Assembly (NCBI GenBank): GCA_004557735.1
Contig: SFFV01000010.1
Span: forward strand, 2,403 to 66,402
DNA length: 64,000 nt
Direction of reading: 5' to 3'
DNA from: Clostridiales bacterium
GTDB lineage: Bacteria; Bacillota; Clostridia; Oscillospirales; Oscillospiraceae
Shown: positions 49,004-57,346 of the stretch, piece by piece
Numbering within the stretch: position 1 is the first letter of the stretch
Layout: each line of letters begins with the position of its first letter
The notes under the pieces: model-generated
Databases searched by the model: none
Seen by the model: the letters and a program-made list of their open reading frames with translations, nothing else
What the model was told of the DNA's origin: nothing
Program-made: the position numbers and the translations under genes

Positions 49004-50689
49004 ATGAAGGGAGACACCGTGAAAGAAAAAAAGAGGCTGTGCTGGCTCCTTCCTGTGGTGATACTGCTGCTTATAGCAGTCGGTTGGTTTTTCTGGAAGT
49101 ATACCTTTGTCGACGGAACCGTCACAGCGCGCAGCGCCGATACCATCGACCTGCGCGGACGGGAGATAAGCGAGGAAAAGCTGCGGACGATAGAAAGCAG
49201 GTTTCCGGACGCGCACGTTCTCTGGGACGTCACCGTCGGCGGAAAGAGCTTTGACGGAGAGAGCAAAAGCATCGTAACGGCGGATTTCACCACGGAGGAC
49301 ATTCCGTCTTTTGCACGGCTGAAAAATCTCAAAGAAGCTGATGTGAGCGCCTGTAGCGATTTTTCCGCCATTCTCGCGCTGCAAAAGGCCTTGCCCGAAG
49401 TGCGGGTACACTGGATAGTCCCTCTCGGCGAGAAAAGCTTCGACGGGGAGAGCGAGAGCATTGCGGTTCAAGACGCTTCGGCGGACGTGCTCCGCGCCGC
49501 GATTACCCGTTTGCCGAAGCTCCGAACGCTCGTTCTCACGGACAGCACGCTTTCGCCTGCCGATCAGCTCGCCCTTACAGAAGAATTTCCGTCCATGCTC
49601 TTTTCCTGGGACGTGACGCTCGCAGGCCGTACTATACCCAGCGATGTCACGGCGCTCGATTTTACCGGCACGCCTCTCACAGAAGAGGATCTCTCCGAGC
49701 TTTCTGCAGCGCTACCGCTTTTTTCAAACGCGGAGAGCGTCAATCTCACGGACTGCGGTCTTTCCGAACACATGCTGCGGGATTTTTCTGCGGCGCACCC
49801 AAATCTTCTTACCGAATGGGAAACGCAGCTCTTCGGCGTGAGATTCTCGACCGCAGCCGAGGAGATCGATTTTTCGGATGTTCCTCTCACCGTGGAGGAC
49901 GCGGCGCAGATCGAGGCCATGCTTCCCTATCTGCCGAAACTTAAAAAGGTCGTGATGCTGCGCTGCGGCATATCGGACGAGGATATGGATGCGATCGATC
50001 TCCGGCACGAGGACGTGCAGTTCGTGTGGATGGTGCAGGTCCGCCGTTGGGGCCTTCGCACGGACCGGACGTATTTCACAGTATACAACAACGATTATGA
50101 ATTCCCGGAGGATAACCATTCCTTTGCCGCTCTCCGATACTGCCGCGATATGATCGCCATCGATCTCGGCCATCAGAAGTTCTACGACGATCCCGACATG
50201 TTTGAAAACTTCCCAGATCTCCGGTATCTCGTCGTGAGCAACAGCCAGTATGAATCGCTGCCCGCGCTGAAATATCTCAAGAACCTTGTGATGCTCGAAA
50301 TGTTCTGGACGAATACCTCGGACATAACGCCGCTCCGGGAGCTGACGAATCTGCGCCATCTGAACATCACCTACAAGCGCGTGCGCGACGCGGAGGCTGA
50401 TCTGGACACGCTCATGCACATGACGTGGCTCGAAAGGCTCTGGATCAGCTACAACATGTACCGCGATGATCAGATCGAGGCGCTCAAGGCGGCGCTGCCG
50501 GATACGCAGGTGCAGGTCATCTATACGACCGACTGCGTTTCGCAGGGCTGGCGCAACGGCTCGGAGGAGTATTTCAATATGCGCGACGCGCTGCATATGT
50601 ACTATCTTGACGACGACAGCAACCATGTCTATATCAATCCGTATACCAACCAGCCGAGCCAGTACGACGATACCGACCCGTTCCGGTAA
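49004..50689 (+). CDS. single-pass membrane protein with leucine-rich-repeat ectodomain
   Basis: 561 aa (alternative start GTG 49019 after AAGGGAG). N-terminal TM LCWLLPVVILLLIAVGWFFW, then four ~65-aa modules (HVLWDVTVGGKSFDGESKSIV / RVHWIVPLGEKSFDGESESIA / LFSWDVTLAGRTIPSDVTALDF / LTEWETQLFGVRFSTAAEEIDF). Followed by LRR-like L..L.NL..L units (LKYLKNLVMLEMFWTNTSDITPLRELTNLRHLNI). Confidence 0.65.
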   Translation: MKGDTVKEKKRLCWLLPVVILLLIAVGWFFWKYTFVDGTVTARSADTIDLRGREISEEKLRTIESRFPDAHVLWDVTVGGKSFDGESKSIVTADFTTEDIPSFARLKNLKEADVSACSDFSAILALQKALPEVRVHWIVPLGEKSFDGESESIAVQDASADVLRAAITRLPKLRTLVLTDSTLSPADQLALTEEFPSMLFSWDVTLAGRTIPSDVTALDFTGTPLTEEDLSELSAALPLFSNAESVNLTDCGLSEHMLRDFSAAHPNLLTEWETQLFGVRFSTAAEEIDFSDVPLTVEDAAQIEAMLPYLPKLKKVVMLRCGISDEDMDAIDLRHEDVQFVWMVQVRRWGLRTDRTYFTVYNNDYEFPEDNHSFAALRYCRDMIAIDLGHQKFYDDPDMFENFPDLRYLVVSNSQYESLPALKYLKNLVMLEMFWTNTSDITPLRELTNLRHLNITYKRVRDAEADLDTLMHMTWLERLWISYNMYRDDQIEALKAALPDTQVQVIYTTDCVSQGWRNGSEEYFNMRDALHMYYLDDDSNHVYINPYTNQPSQYDDTDPFR

Positions 50690-50704
50690 ATACAAGGAGT
50701 AATT

Positions 50705-52186
50705 ATGAAAAAGCTTGGGAAATATCTGGACGAAAGATCGCTGCCGCGTCTTGGCGTGCTGCTGTGCTTCAGCGTGGTGTTCATGCTGTTCGCCTCTCCC
50801 TACACGACGCCGCTCAACGCTTACTACGGCTATGATTCCGCGGTGTTCATGTCGTTCGGCAAGGGCATCACGCACGGGCTGCGGCTCTATCTTGATCTTT
50901 ACGACAACAAGGGACCGATGATCTTTTATTTCAACGCCCTCGGCTATCTGCTCGGCGGGCGCATGGGTCTTTGGATATTACAAGTCGTATTTATGACGTT
51001 CGCCTTTGAGCTTTCCTACCGGACGGCGCGCCTATTCACCGGAAGGGGGACGGCGTGGCTTTCGGTGCTTGTGCTGCTGTTCCTCTACTGCGGCACGGTC
51101 GGCGAGGGAAACATGACCGAGGAATGGTCGCTCGTGTTTTCGCTGCTGCCGCTGTGGCTCTCGCTCCGGTTTATCAAGACCGGCGCTCCGGTGTACCGTC
51201 ATCCGAAATGGTACAGCGTGATCTACGGCGTCTGCTTCGGCGTGAATTTCATGATGCGCGCGACGAATGCCGCCATCGTCTGCGGCGTGCTGCTCGCATT
51301 CGCGGTGCTGCTCTGCCGGGAGAAAAAATTCGGCGCGCTGCTGCTGCACATTATACTCGTGCTCTGCGGCGCGGCGCTCGTCATCGGGCCGTTCGCTCTG
51401 TATTTTGCGCGGATCGGCGCGTTCGACCGGTTTATGTATGCGAGCTTCCTTCACAACTTCCACTACGCCGCCGGCGGCGCCGCCGCCAAGACGGCGAAGG
51501 ACTGGTTGATGTATTTTGCCCGCGTGTCCATGGTGCCGGTCGTGATATACTTCGCCGTGCGCCAGATGAAAAAAGGCGCCCTGCCGCTCGGCAGCGCGCT
51601 CGTGCTCATTTTCTCCTGCGTGTTCGGCGCGGCGGTCGCCGTGCTCGGATACAGCTACAAGCATTATTTTCTTATCCTCACCCCGGCGCTCGTGCCGGGC
51701 TTCGCCGTGTGCGCCCAGGGCGTCCGCTCCATGGCGGCCGGAAAGAAAGCGGCGGAGCGCTTGTGCGCGGCGGTTCTCGTGTTCTGTCTGCTGCCTTATG
51801 CGCCGCAGGCGGCCATCCACGCCGGTAAAAGCATCCTCTTCAACTTCTGCGGATATCTGGACAGCGAGAAGGAGGCCATGAGCGAGATACGCGCGTGCAT
51901 CGACGCTGATCCCGGCGAGGTGCTCGCATACGATATGCGCGCAAACGTATATCTCTATTTGGATGTGGATCCTTGCTTCTGCCACGCCATGACGCAGGAT
52001 TGGATGAGCCAGGATTCACCGTTTATTGCCAAGGAGCTGGACGAATATCTGCGCGAAACGCCGCCGAAGTGGATCGTGTCCGACGCCTCCGAAAACATGC
52101 GCGAACGGTTGGAAAACACGTACGGCTACACGCTGTTCCGCGTGTGGGACAAGGGTGGCTGCCCTGCGCTATATCTCCATGAATGA
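50705..52186 (+). CDS. polytopic GT-C-fold glycosyltransferase candidate (ArnT / PMT_2-like)
   Basis: 493 aa with ~11-12 TM helices. The first loop YGYDSAVFMSFGKGITHGLRLYLDLYDNKGPMIFYF resembles the Asp-containing loop plus KPPL motif of GT-C enzymes. Has a ~120-aa C-terminal soluble domain and RBS AAGGAG. Confidence 0.55.
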   Translation: MKKLGKYLDERSLPRLGVLLCFSVVFMLFASPYTTPLNAYYGYDSAVFMSFGKGITHGLRLYLDLYDNKGPMIFYFNALGYLLGGRMGLWILQVVFMTFAFELSYRTARLFTGRGTAWLSVLVLLFLYCGTVGEGNMTEEWSLVFSLLPLWLSLRFIKTGAPVYRHPKWYSVIYGVCFGVNFMMRATNAAIVCGVLLAFAVLLCREKKFGALLLHIILVLCGAALVIGPFALYFARIGAFDRFMYASFLHNFHYAAGGAAAKTAKDWLMYFARVSMVPVVIYFAVRQMKKGALPLGSALVLIFSCVFGAAVAVLGYSYKHYFLILTPALVPGFAVCAQGVRSMAAGKKAAERLCAAVLVFCLLPYAPQAAIHAGKSILFNFCGYLDSEKEAMSEIRACIDADPGEVLAYDMRANVYLYLDVDPCFCHAMTQDWMSQDSPFIAKELDEYLRETPPKWIVSDASENMRERLENTYGYTLFRVWDKGGCPALYLHE

Positions 52187-52198
52187 GTCCGGCAGCGC

Positions 52199-52253
52199 TT
52201 TACACACATTTTACAACGCCGCGGTAACGGATTTTACACCCCCGCCGTAGAAT
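52199..52253 (+). promoter_or_regulatory. Pho-box-like direct repeats plus -10 element upstream of pstC
   Basis: TTTACA at 52199, 52210 and 52233 (offsets 0, +11, +34, the same as upstream of the phoP-like gene), then TAGAAT 52248-52253. No -35 hexamer. Confidence 0.5.
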
Positions 52254-52299
52254 ACTCCCCGACAAGGATAGAAATGTCGGGGAGTATTTTGCTTTTATT
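52252..52299 (+). terminator. intrinsic terminator whose 5' arm overlaps the pst -10 box
   Basis: Perfect 12-bp stem ATACTCCCCGAC (52252-52263) / GTCGGGGAGTAT (52276-52287) with a 12-nt loop, followed by TTTTGCTTTTATT up to the pstC ATG. Confidence 0.6.
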
Positions 52300-53163
52300 A
52301 TGAAGAAAAAGATCCTGGAAACCACCGTAAAATGGATATTTCTCCTCTGCGGCATCGCGGCGGTGGGGTTTGTGCTGTGCATTTGCCTGTACCTTGTGAT
52401 CTCCGGAATACCGGCGATCCGGGAGATCGGGCTTTGGAATTTCCTTTTCGGCGAGACGTGGAACGCCCCGACGAACGAATTTGGGATATTGCCGTTCATC
52501 CTCACGAGCGTGTACGGCACGGCGGGCGCGCTGCTCCTCGGCGTGCCGCTCGGCCTTTTCACGGCGGTATTTCTTGCCAAGGCCGCGCCGCCGCGCGTCG
52601 CCGCCGCGGCGCGAAGCTGCGTGGCGCTGCTCGCGGGCATCCCCTCGGTCGTGTACGGTCTCGTGGGCATGACGGTGCTCGTGCCGATCGTGCAGAAAAC
52701 GTTCTCCCTCTCCTCCGGCGCGTGCCTGCTCACCGCTGTTTTCGTGCTGACGGTGATGATCCTCCCGTATATCGTCTCCGTTTCGGAAACGGCGCTGCGC
52801 GCCGTGCCGCGCGAATATGAGGAGGCCTCCCTCGCGCTCGGCGCAACAAAGGTGGAAACGTGGTTTCTCGTGTCGCTCAAGGCGGCAAGGAGCGGCGTGA
52901 TCGCCTCGGTCATCCAGGGCACGGGCCGCGCCGTCGGCGAAGCGATGGCGATACTGATGGTTGCCGGCAATGTCGCCAATATGCCGTCGCTCTTTTCCTC
53001 CGTCCGGTTTCTCACAACGGCCATCGTATCCGAAATGTCCTACGCCGCCTACGGCTCCCTGCAGCGCGACGCGCTCTTCTCCGTGGGTCTGGTGCTGTTC
53101 CTCTTTATTCTTCTCATCAACGCCGCGCTGCGGCTCATCAGCGAAAGGAGCGCCAGAGCATGA
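52300..53163 (+). CDS. pstC: phosphate ABC transporter permease PstC
   Basis: 287 aa, six TM helices, with EAS.ALGATK and the EAA-loop region typical of PstC. Confidence 0.9.
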   Translation: MKKKILETTVKWIFLLCGIAAVGFVLCICLYLVISGIPAIREIGLWNFLFGETWNAPTNEFGILPFILTSVYGTAGALLLGVPLGLFTAVFLAKAAPPRVAAAARSCVALLAGIPSVVYGLVGMTVLVPIVQKTFSLSSGACLLTAVFVLTVMILPYIVSVSETALRAVPREYEEASLALGATKVETWFLVSLKAARSGVIASVIQGTGRAVGEAMAILMVAGNVANMPSLFSSVRFLTTAIVSEMSYAAYGSLQRDALFSVGLVLFLFILLINAALRLISERSARA

Positions 53164-53993
53164 GAAAGCTCCGGGAAATATTCTTGAAAGCGGCCCTCAT
53201 CGCAGCGGCGGCGATCACCGGCGGGATCCTTCTTTTCCTGATCGGGATCATTGTAAAGCGCGGTCTGCCGCAGCTCACATGGCCGTTCCTCACGACGGCG
53301 ACGAGCTATCTTGCCGGCACGACCGGCATCCTCCCCAACATCTGCAACACGCTCTATCTCATTCTCATCGCCATGGGCGTAGCGCTGCCGCTCGGCGTGG
53401 GCGCGGCGGTGTACATCACCGAATACGCGGATAATCCGCGCATCGTGCGGCTCATCAGCTTTGCCGCCGAAACGCTCACGGGCATCCCGTCCATCCTCTT
53501 CGGTCTGATCGGCATGCTGTTTTTCATTAAGCTCGCCGGATGGAAGCAGGGCGTTCTCGCCGGCGGGCTTACGCTCGCGCTCATGGTGCTCCCCACGGTC
53601 ATGGCGAACACGCGCGAGAGCCTGCTCGCCGTGCCGGGAGCTTACCGCGAGGGGGCTCTCGCGCTCGGCAGCGGCAAGTGGCACATGGTACGCACCGTTG
53701 TGCTGCCGAACGCCGTGGACGGCATCGTGACCGGATGCATCCTCTCCGTCGGGCGCATCACCGGCGAGAGCGCGGCGCTCCTGTTCACCGCGGGCTTCGG
53801 TCTGCGGCTGCTGGGATTCAAGGCGGCGCTCGAATCCTCCTCGGCGTCGCTTTCCGTGGCGCTGTATCTCTACGCAAGCGAGCAGGGAAAATTTGATATC
53901 GCCTTCGGAATCGCGGCGGTGCTGCTTGTGCTGACGCTCGCGCTCAATCTTCTCGCCTCGCTCACGGCGGGCAGGGCACGAAAGGAACGGTGA
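53160..53993 (+). CDS. pstA: phosphate ABC transporter permease PstA
   Basis: ORF 52860..53993 trimmed to ATG 53160 (ATGA overlap with the pstC stop). Starts [13 protein letters not shown]... and has ...[15 protein letters not shown].... Confidence 0.9.
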   Translation: MRKLREIFLKAALIAAAAITGGILLFLIGIIVKRGLPQLTWPFLTTATSYLAGTTGILPNICNTLYLILIAMGVALPLGVGAAVYITEYADNPRIVRLISFAAETLTGIPSILFGLIGMLFFIKLAGWKQGVLAGGLTLALMVLPTVMANTRESLLAVPGAYREGALALGSGKWHMVRTVVLPNAVDGIVTGCILSVGRITGESAALLFTAGFGLRLLGFKAALESSSASLSVALYLYASEQGKFDIAFGIAAVLLVLTLALNLLASLTAGRARKER

Positions 53994-54754
53994 AGGAAAT
54001 GGAACCCATTCTGGAAACAAAAAAGCTCGATCTGCACTACGGCGCGTTTCAGGCGCTCAGCGGCATCGACACGGAAATTTTCCCCAACGAGATCACGGCG
54101 CTCATCGGCCCCTCCGGCTGCGGCAAGTCCACGTATCTCAAAACGCTCAACCGCATGAACGACCTTGTGCCGGGCTGCAAAATTGACGGCGCGGTGCTCT
54201 TCCACGGGCACAACGTTTACGGCAACAAAATCGACGTTACGGAGCTTCGCAGCCGCATCGGTATGGTGTTCCAGAAACCGAACCCGTTCCCGATGAGCAT
54301 TTACGACAATATCGCCTACGCGCCCCGGCTGCACGGCGTCCGGGGCCGCGCGGAGCTTGACGGGATCGTGGAAAAATCGCTCAAAAGCGCCGCCATCTGG
54401 GACGAAACAAAGGACAAGCTCAAAAAGAGCGCGCTCGGTCTCTCCGGCGGACAGCAGCAGCGACTGTGCATCGCCCGCGCGCTGGCCGCGGAACCGGAGG
54501 TGCTTTTAATGGACGAGCCGACGAGCGCGCTCGACCCGATCTCCACCGGGCGCATTGAAGAGCTGGCGCTCGAGCTGAAAAAGACGTACACCATCGTCAT
54601 CGTCACGCACAATATGCAGCAGGCCGCGCGCATTTCGGACAAGACGGCGTTTTTCCTGCTCGGCAAGCTCGTGGAAATGGACGAGACCGCGAAGATCTTC
54701 AACGAAGCCGAGGATAGCCGGACAAGGGATTATATACAGGGAAAATTTGGTTAA
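53990..54754 (+). CDS. pstB: phosphate ABC transporter ATP-binding protein PstB
   Basis: 254 aa (GTG 53990, or ATG 53999). Has GPSGCGKST, the [16 protein letters not shown] signature, [12 protein letters not shown] and the PstB-typical ...YG.F.AL..I......[16 protein letters not shown]. Confidence 0.95.
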   Translation: MKEMEPILETKKLDLHYGAFQALSGIDTEIFPNEITALIGPSGCGKSTYLKTLNRMNDLVPGCKIDGAVLFHGHNVYGNKIDVTELRSRIGMVFQKPNPFPMSIYDNIAYAPRLHGVRGRAELDGIVEKSLKSAAIWDETKDKLKKSALGLSGGQQQRLCIARALAAEPEVLLMDEPTSALDPISTGRIEELALELKKTYTIVIVTHNMQQAARISDKTAFFLLGKLVEMDETAKIFNEAEDSRTRDYIQGKFG

Positions 54755-54834
54755 TAAAAAAGCTCCCTCTGACGAGGGAGCGGAACGAGACGAGACGGAG
54801 AGAAGGTTGTAAACCCCTCAGCCAGCCTGACGGC

Positions 54835-54860
54835 TGACAGCTCCCCTGTTAGGGGAGCCA
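54835..54860. repeat. REP-like hairpin element
   Basis: TGACAGCTCCCCTGTTAGGGGAGCCA, same family as 36372-36397. Confidence 0.5.
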
Positions 54861-54886
54861 AGCCGGTCTTCCAAAAAACTTACTTG

Positions 54887-54905
54887 CCTCCCCTAACAGG
54901 GGAGG
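54887..54905. repeat. inverted partner hairpin of the REP-like element
   Basis: CCTCCCCTAACAGGGGAGG. Its core CCCCTAACAGGGG is the reverse complement of CCCCTGTTAGGGG at 54843-54855. Confidence 0.45.
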
Positions 54906-54943
54906 TCAAAACCGGAGGTTTAGCTGGTTGCTCATAAAAAAGT

Positions 54944-54986
54944 GAATCCGACCTATGGCTGCAATCAAAGGTCGGATTCTTTTTTT
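54944..54986. terminator. bidirectional rho-independent terminator between pstB and the convergent GNAT gene
   Basis: 10-bp stem GAATCCGACC / GGTCGGATTC, preceded by AAAAAA and followed by TTTTTTT. Confidence 0.7.
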
Positions 54987-55064
54987 ATGTTAGGGCTGGA
55001 ATATCCATGGCTCCCTCTAGAAGTGCGCCCTTACTGTTTGACAAATTGGAATTGATTTTCCTTT

Positions 55065-55580
55065 TTATTTCTTAGTATCAATCCAAATGAAAACTCTCTC
55101 GTCAGTTCTTTCAGTAACAACACCTCCGTTTGCTATTGCCACAGCTTGAGATGCTATGTTATCTAAAAGAATGGTTACTAACACTTTATCTATTCCCATT
55201 TCTTTCGCTTCATTAAGCAATAATCTCAGCAGTTCTTTTCCATATCCTTTTCCACGAAACGCTGGTGCAATTCCGTACCCGATATTTCCTCCTGCTTTTC
55301 TCAGTGCCTCAGTCAAAAAATGTCTGACAGAACTAAATCCAACCGGAATACCATCAGCATATAGCCAAAAAGTTGTAGAAGGCACTTTCCAACCATCTAC
55401 AATCCCTTCTTGCTCAGAATCCCTCTGTTTTACAATCAGCCATTCTTTATACTCATCAAATGTTAATCCGTTGACTTTGTTAATTAATCCATTTTCTTCA
55501 GCAGGGATCTCTTGCAGCATTGTGTAAATATCTAAGCCATCATCAACTGACAATCTTTTTAATTCCAACATTATTTTCAA
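55065..55580 (-). CDS. GNAT-family N-acetyltransferase (low-GC, probably horizontally acquired)
   Basis: 171 aa with acetyl-CoA motif ...IAPAFRGKGYGKELLRLLLNEAKEMG.... Composition is clearly more A+T-rich than the flanking genes. Confidence 0.8.
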   Translation of the reverse strand: MKIMLELKRLSVDDGLDIYTMLQEIPAEENGLINKVNGLTFDEYKEWLIVKQRDSEQEGIVDGWKVPSTTFWLYADGIPVGFSSVRHFLTEALRKAGGNIGYGIAPAFRGKGYGKELLRLLLNEAKEMGIDKVLVTILLDNIASQAVAIANGGVVTERTDERVFIWIDTKK

Positions 55581-55734
55581 TTCTCCTTAATCAAATAAAC
55601 TCAAGTTTATCAGTCTGTTTAATCATATCATATGGCTTCAATGTACGGCAAGAACAATCCCGGCAGACATTACTGCCGGGACTGATGCTGTTTTATGGAC
55701 ATCTACATTTTGACGGAGGGGTTTTCCTCATAAA

Positions 55735-55751
55735 GAGGAAGATCCTTTTTT
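55735..55751 (+). repeat. 17-nt direct repeat, right copy
   Basis: GAGGAAGATCCTTTTTT, identical to 47974-47990. Confidence 0.6.
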
Positions 55752-55755
55752 ATTT

Positions 55756-56400
55756 TTATACCGCCGAGGTCTTGCGCTTAATGTCCATCGCAACGGCGGA
55801 GGCCTTCCCGGCGATATCGCCGAGCGTGTCGCCGCAGGGGACGACGGTGCACTCGCTCACCTCAAGATCGCGCTGCACGAGATAGGCGTCCGCCAGCTCC
55901 GAAGCGTCCAGCCGCAGCACCGGCACGCCGCGCGAGGAGAACAGCAGCGCCTTGTCCGGCGATACCTTGCCGCAGAATACAAGCCGCGAGGAGCCGGAGA
56001 GCGCGTCCAGATCGGCGAGCGAATCGCGCAGCCCCGGCGCCATGACCGGGACAATGCCCGCCATGCGCGCAATGGCCAGCGTGGCGGAGGGGCCTGTGCC
56101 GGACGTGGACCCGCCGCCGACGAGCGCGGGGATCTGCGAGCGCGTGCAGCTTCCGCCGCTGCGGCAGAGCGTGTCCATATCCTGCTTGGAGAGACCCGCC
56201 TTGAGCCGCCCGTTCACAATGCCGACGCAGCACGGCACGCAGTCGCGCCGGTAAAACGCCTGCTCGCACTCCTGCAGCGCCTGCAGATTGCGCGGGTACG
56301 GCAGCTGCATGAAAAATCCGGTCTCGATGGCGATGATCGGCGTTCCCGCCTTGAGCGACGCCAGCACCGGCGGACACATATCCAGATATTTGCTTGCCAT
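55756..56400 (-). CDS. short, divergent IndA/PsuG-like (pseudouridine-5'-phosphate glycosidase family) protein
   Basis: 214 aa. PIIAIETGFFMQLPYPRNLQ...VPCCVGIVNGRLKAGLSKQDMDTL... aligns by eye with PsuG ...VVALESTIISHGMPFPQN...VPATIAI..G..KVGLS.EE.E.L. It is ~90 aa shorter than PsuG and several PsuG catalytic positions are substituted. Confidence 0.45.
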   Translation of the reverse strand: MASKYLDMCPPVLASLKAGTPIIAIETGFFMQLPYPRNLQALQECEQAFYRRDCVPCCVGIVNGRLKAGLSKQDMDTLCRSGGSCTRSQIPALVGGGSTSGTGPSATLAIARMAGIVPVMAPGLRDSLADLDALSGSSRLVFCGKVSPDKALLFSSRGVPVLRLDASELADAYLVQRDLEVSECTVVPCGDTLGDIAGKASAVAMDIKRKTSAV

Positions 56401-56487
56401 AGAGATTGCCTCCGTTTTTTCTTTCTCACTAATAGTTTATCATACCGTAAAAGCGAAAAAAAAGCAACACCAGGGATTTTTTCCGGC

Positions 56488-57279
56488 TTGTTCATGCATT
56501 TTTCACAACTCCCTGCTATAATAGCGGCAAAAACTTGGAGAGGGGCGGCAGGTGTGAGCGAAAAACCCGTGCGCGAACGAACCGTCGGCTTTACCGACGC
56601 AAGCTATATACGGCAGGACGACGCGCCGAATATGCCGCGCTGCTACTCCTTTGCGGAAGAAAAACCGTCCGGAACGAAGAAAACGGCCTCGCCGCTGTGT
56701 GTGGGCGCGCTTTGCCTGGCGTTTTTCGTGCTCGGCTCTCTGCTCACGACGGCGCTTTCCGATGCGGAAAAACCTGCCGGGAACGCCAAAACCGCCGTCC
56801 CCGCGCCGCTGCCGGAGTCGGCCTTTGCCGACGGGGACATTTCCGGCACCGCGGAGATCTCCGCGGCCGTGCATGCCGACACGCCCCCGTCCGCGACGAG
56901 CGCCCCCGCCGGCGGGCGCGCCTATCTCGGCGTTATCGTCCAGACCGTGAGCTGTGCCGCGGCGGAGTATTATAACCGCTCGGACAGCAACGCCATGGTC
57001 CCCGGCGTGCAGGTCTACGCCGTGGAGGACGGCGGCCCGGCGAGCGTAGCGGGGCTTTGCAGCGGCGACATCATCATCCGGCTGGACGGCGCCGACATCG
57101 CCACCGCCGCCGATCTCACCGCGGCGGAAAACGGCTGCGTCCCCGGCTGCGAGGCGGTGCTCACCGTCTACCGCAACGGCGAATACGAAGAGATCCCGGT
57201 CGTGTTCGGCAAGCAGCCGGAAGCGGACGGCGAAGAGGACGAAGCCGAAGGCTGGTGCGATTTTGATAACGCCTGGTGA
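56488..57279 (+). CDS. membrane-anchored PDZ-domain protein
   Basis: 263-aa ORF, with the probable start at GTG 56554 after GGAGAGGGG. One TM helix (LCVGALCLAFFVLGSLL) and a PDZ-like ...GVQVYAVEDGGPASVAGLCSGDIIIRLDGADI... segment. Confidence 0.6.
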   Translation: MFMHFSQLPAIIAAKTWRGAAGVSEKPVRERTVGFTDASYIRQDDAPNMPRCYSFAEEKPSGTKKTASPLCVGALCLAFFVLGSLLTTALSDAEKPAGNAKTAVPAPLPESAFADGDISGTAEISAAVHADTPPSATSAPAGGRAYLGVIVQTVSCAAAEYYNRSDSNAMVPGVQVYAVEDGGPASVAGLCSGDIIIRLDGADIATAADLTAAENGCVPGCEAVLTVYRNGEYEEIPVVFGKQPEADGEEDEAEGWCDFDNAW

Positions 57280-57346
57280 TCGTCCGGGAAAGATCCTCCG
57301 GCGTTTGCCCGCGGCAAAACCGACCTCCCCCGCCGGAGAGACTCTG

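Noticed and set aside
55065-55580. GNAT gene as the toxin of a GNAT/RHH-type toxin-antitoxin pair
   Set aside because: There is no small upstream or overlapping partner ORF with an RBS. The upstream 175 nt contain only a 12-aa ORF and hairpins.
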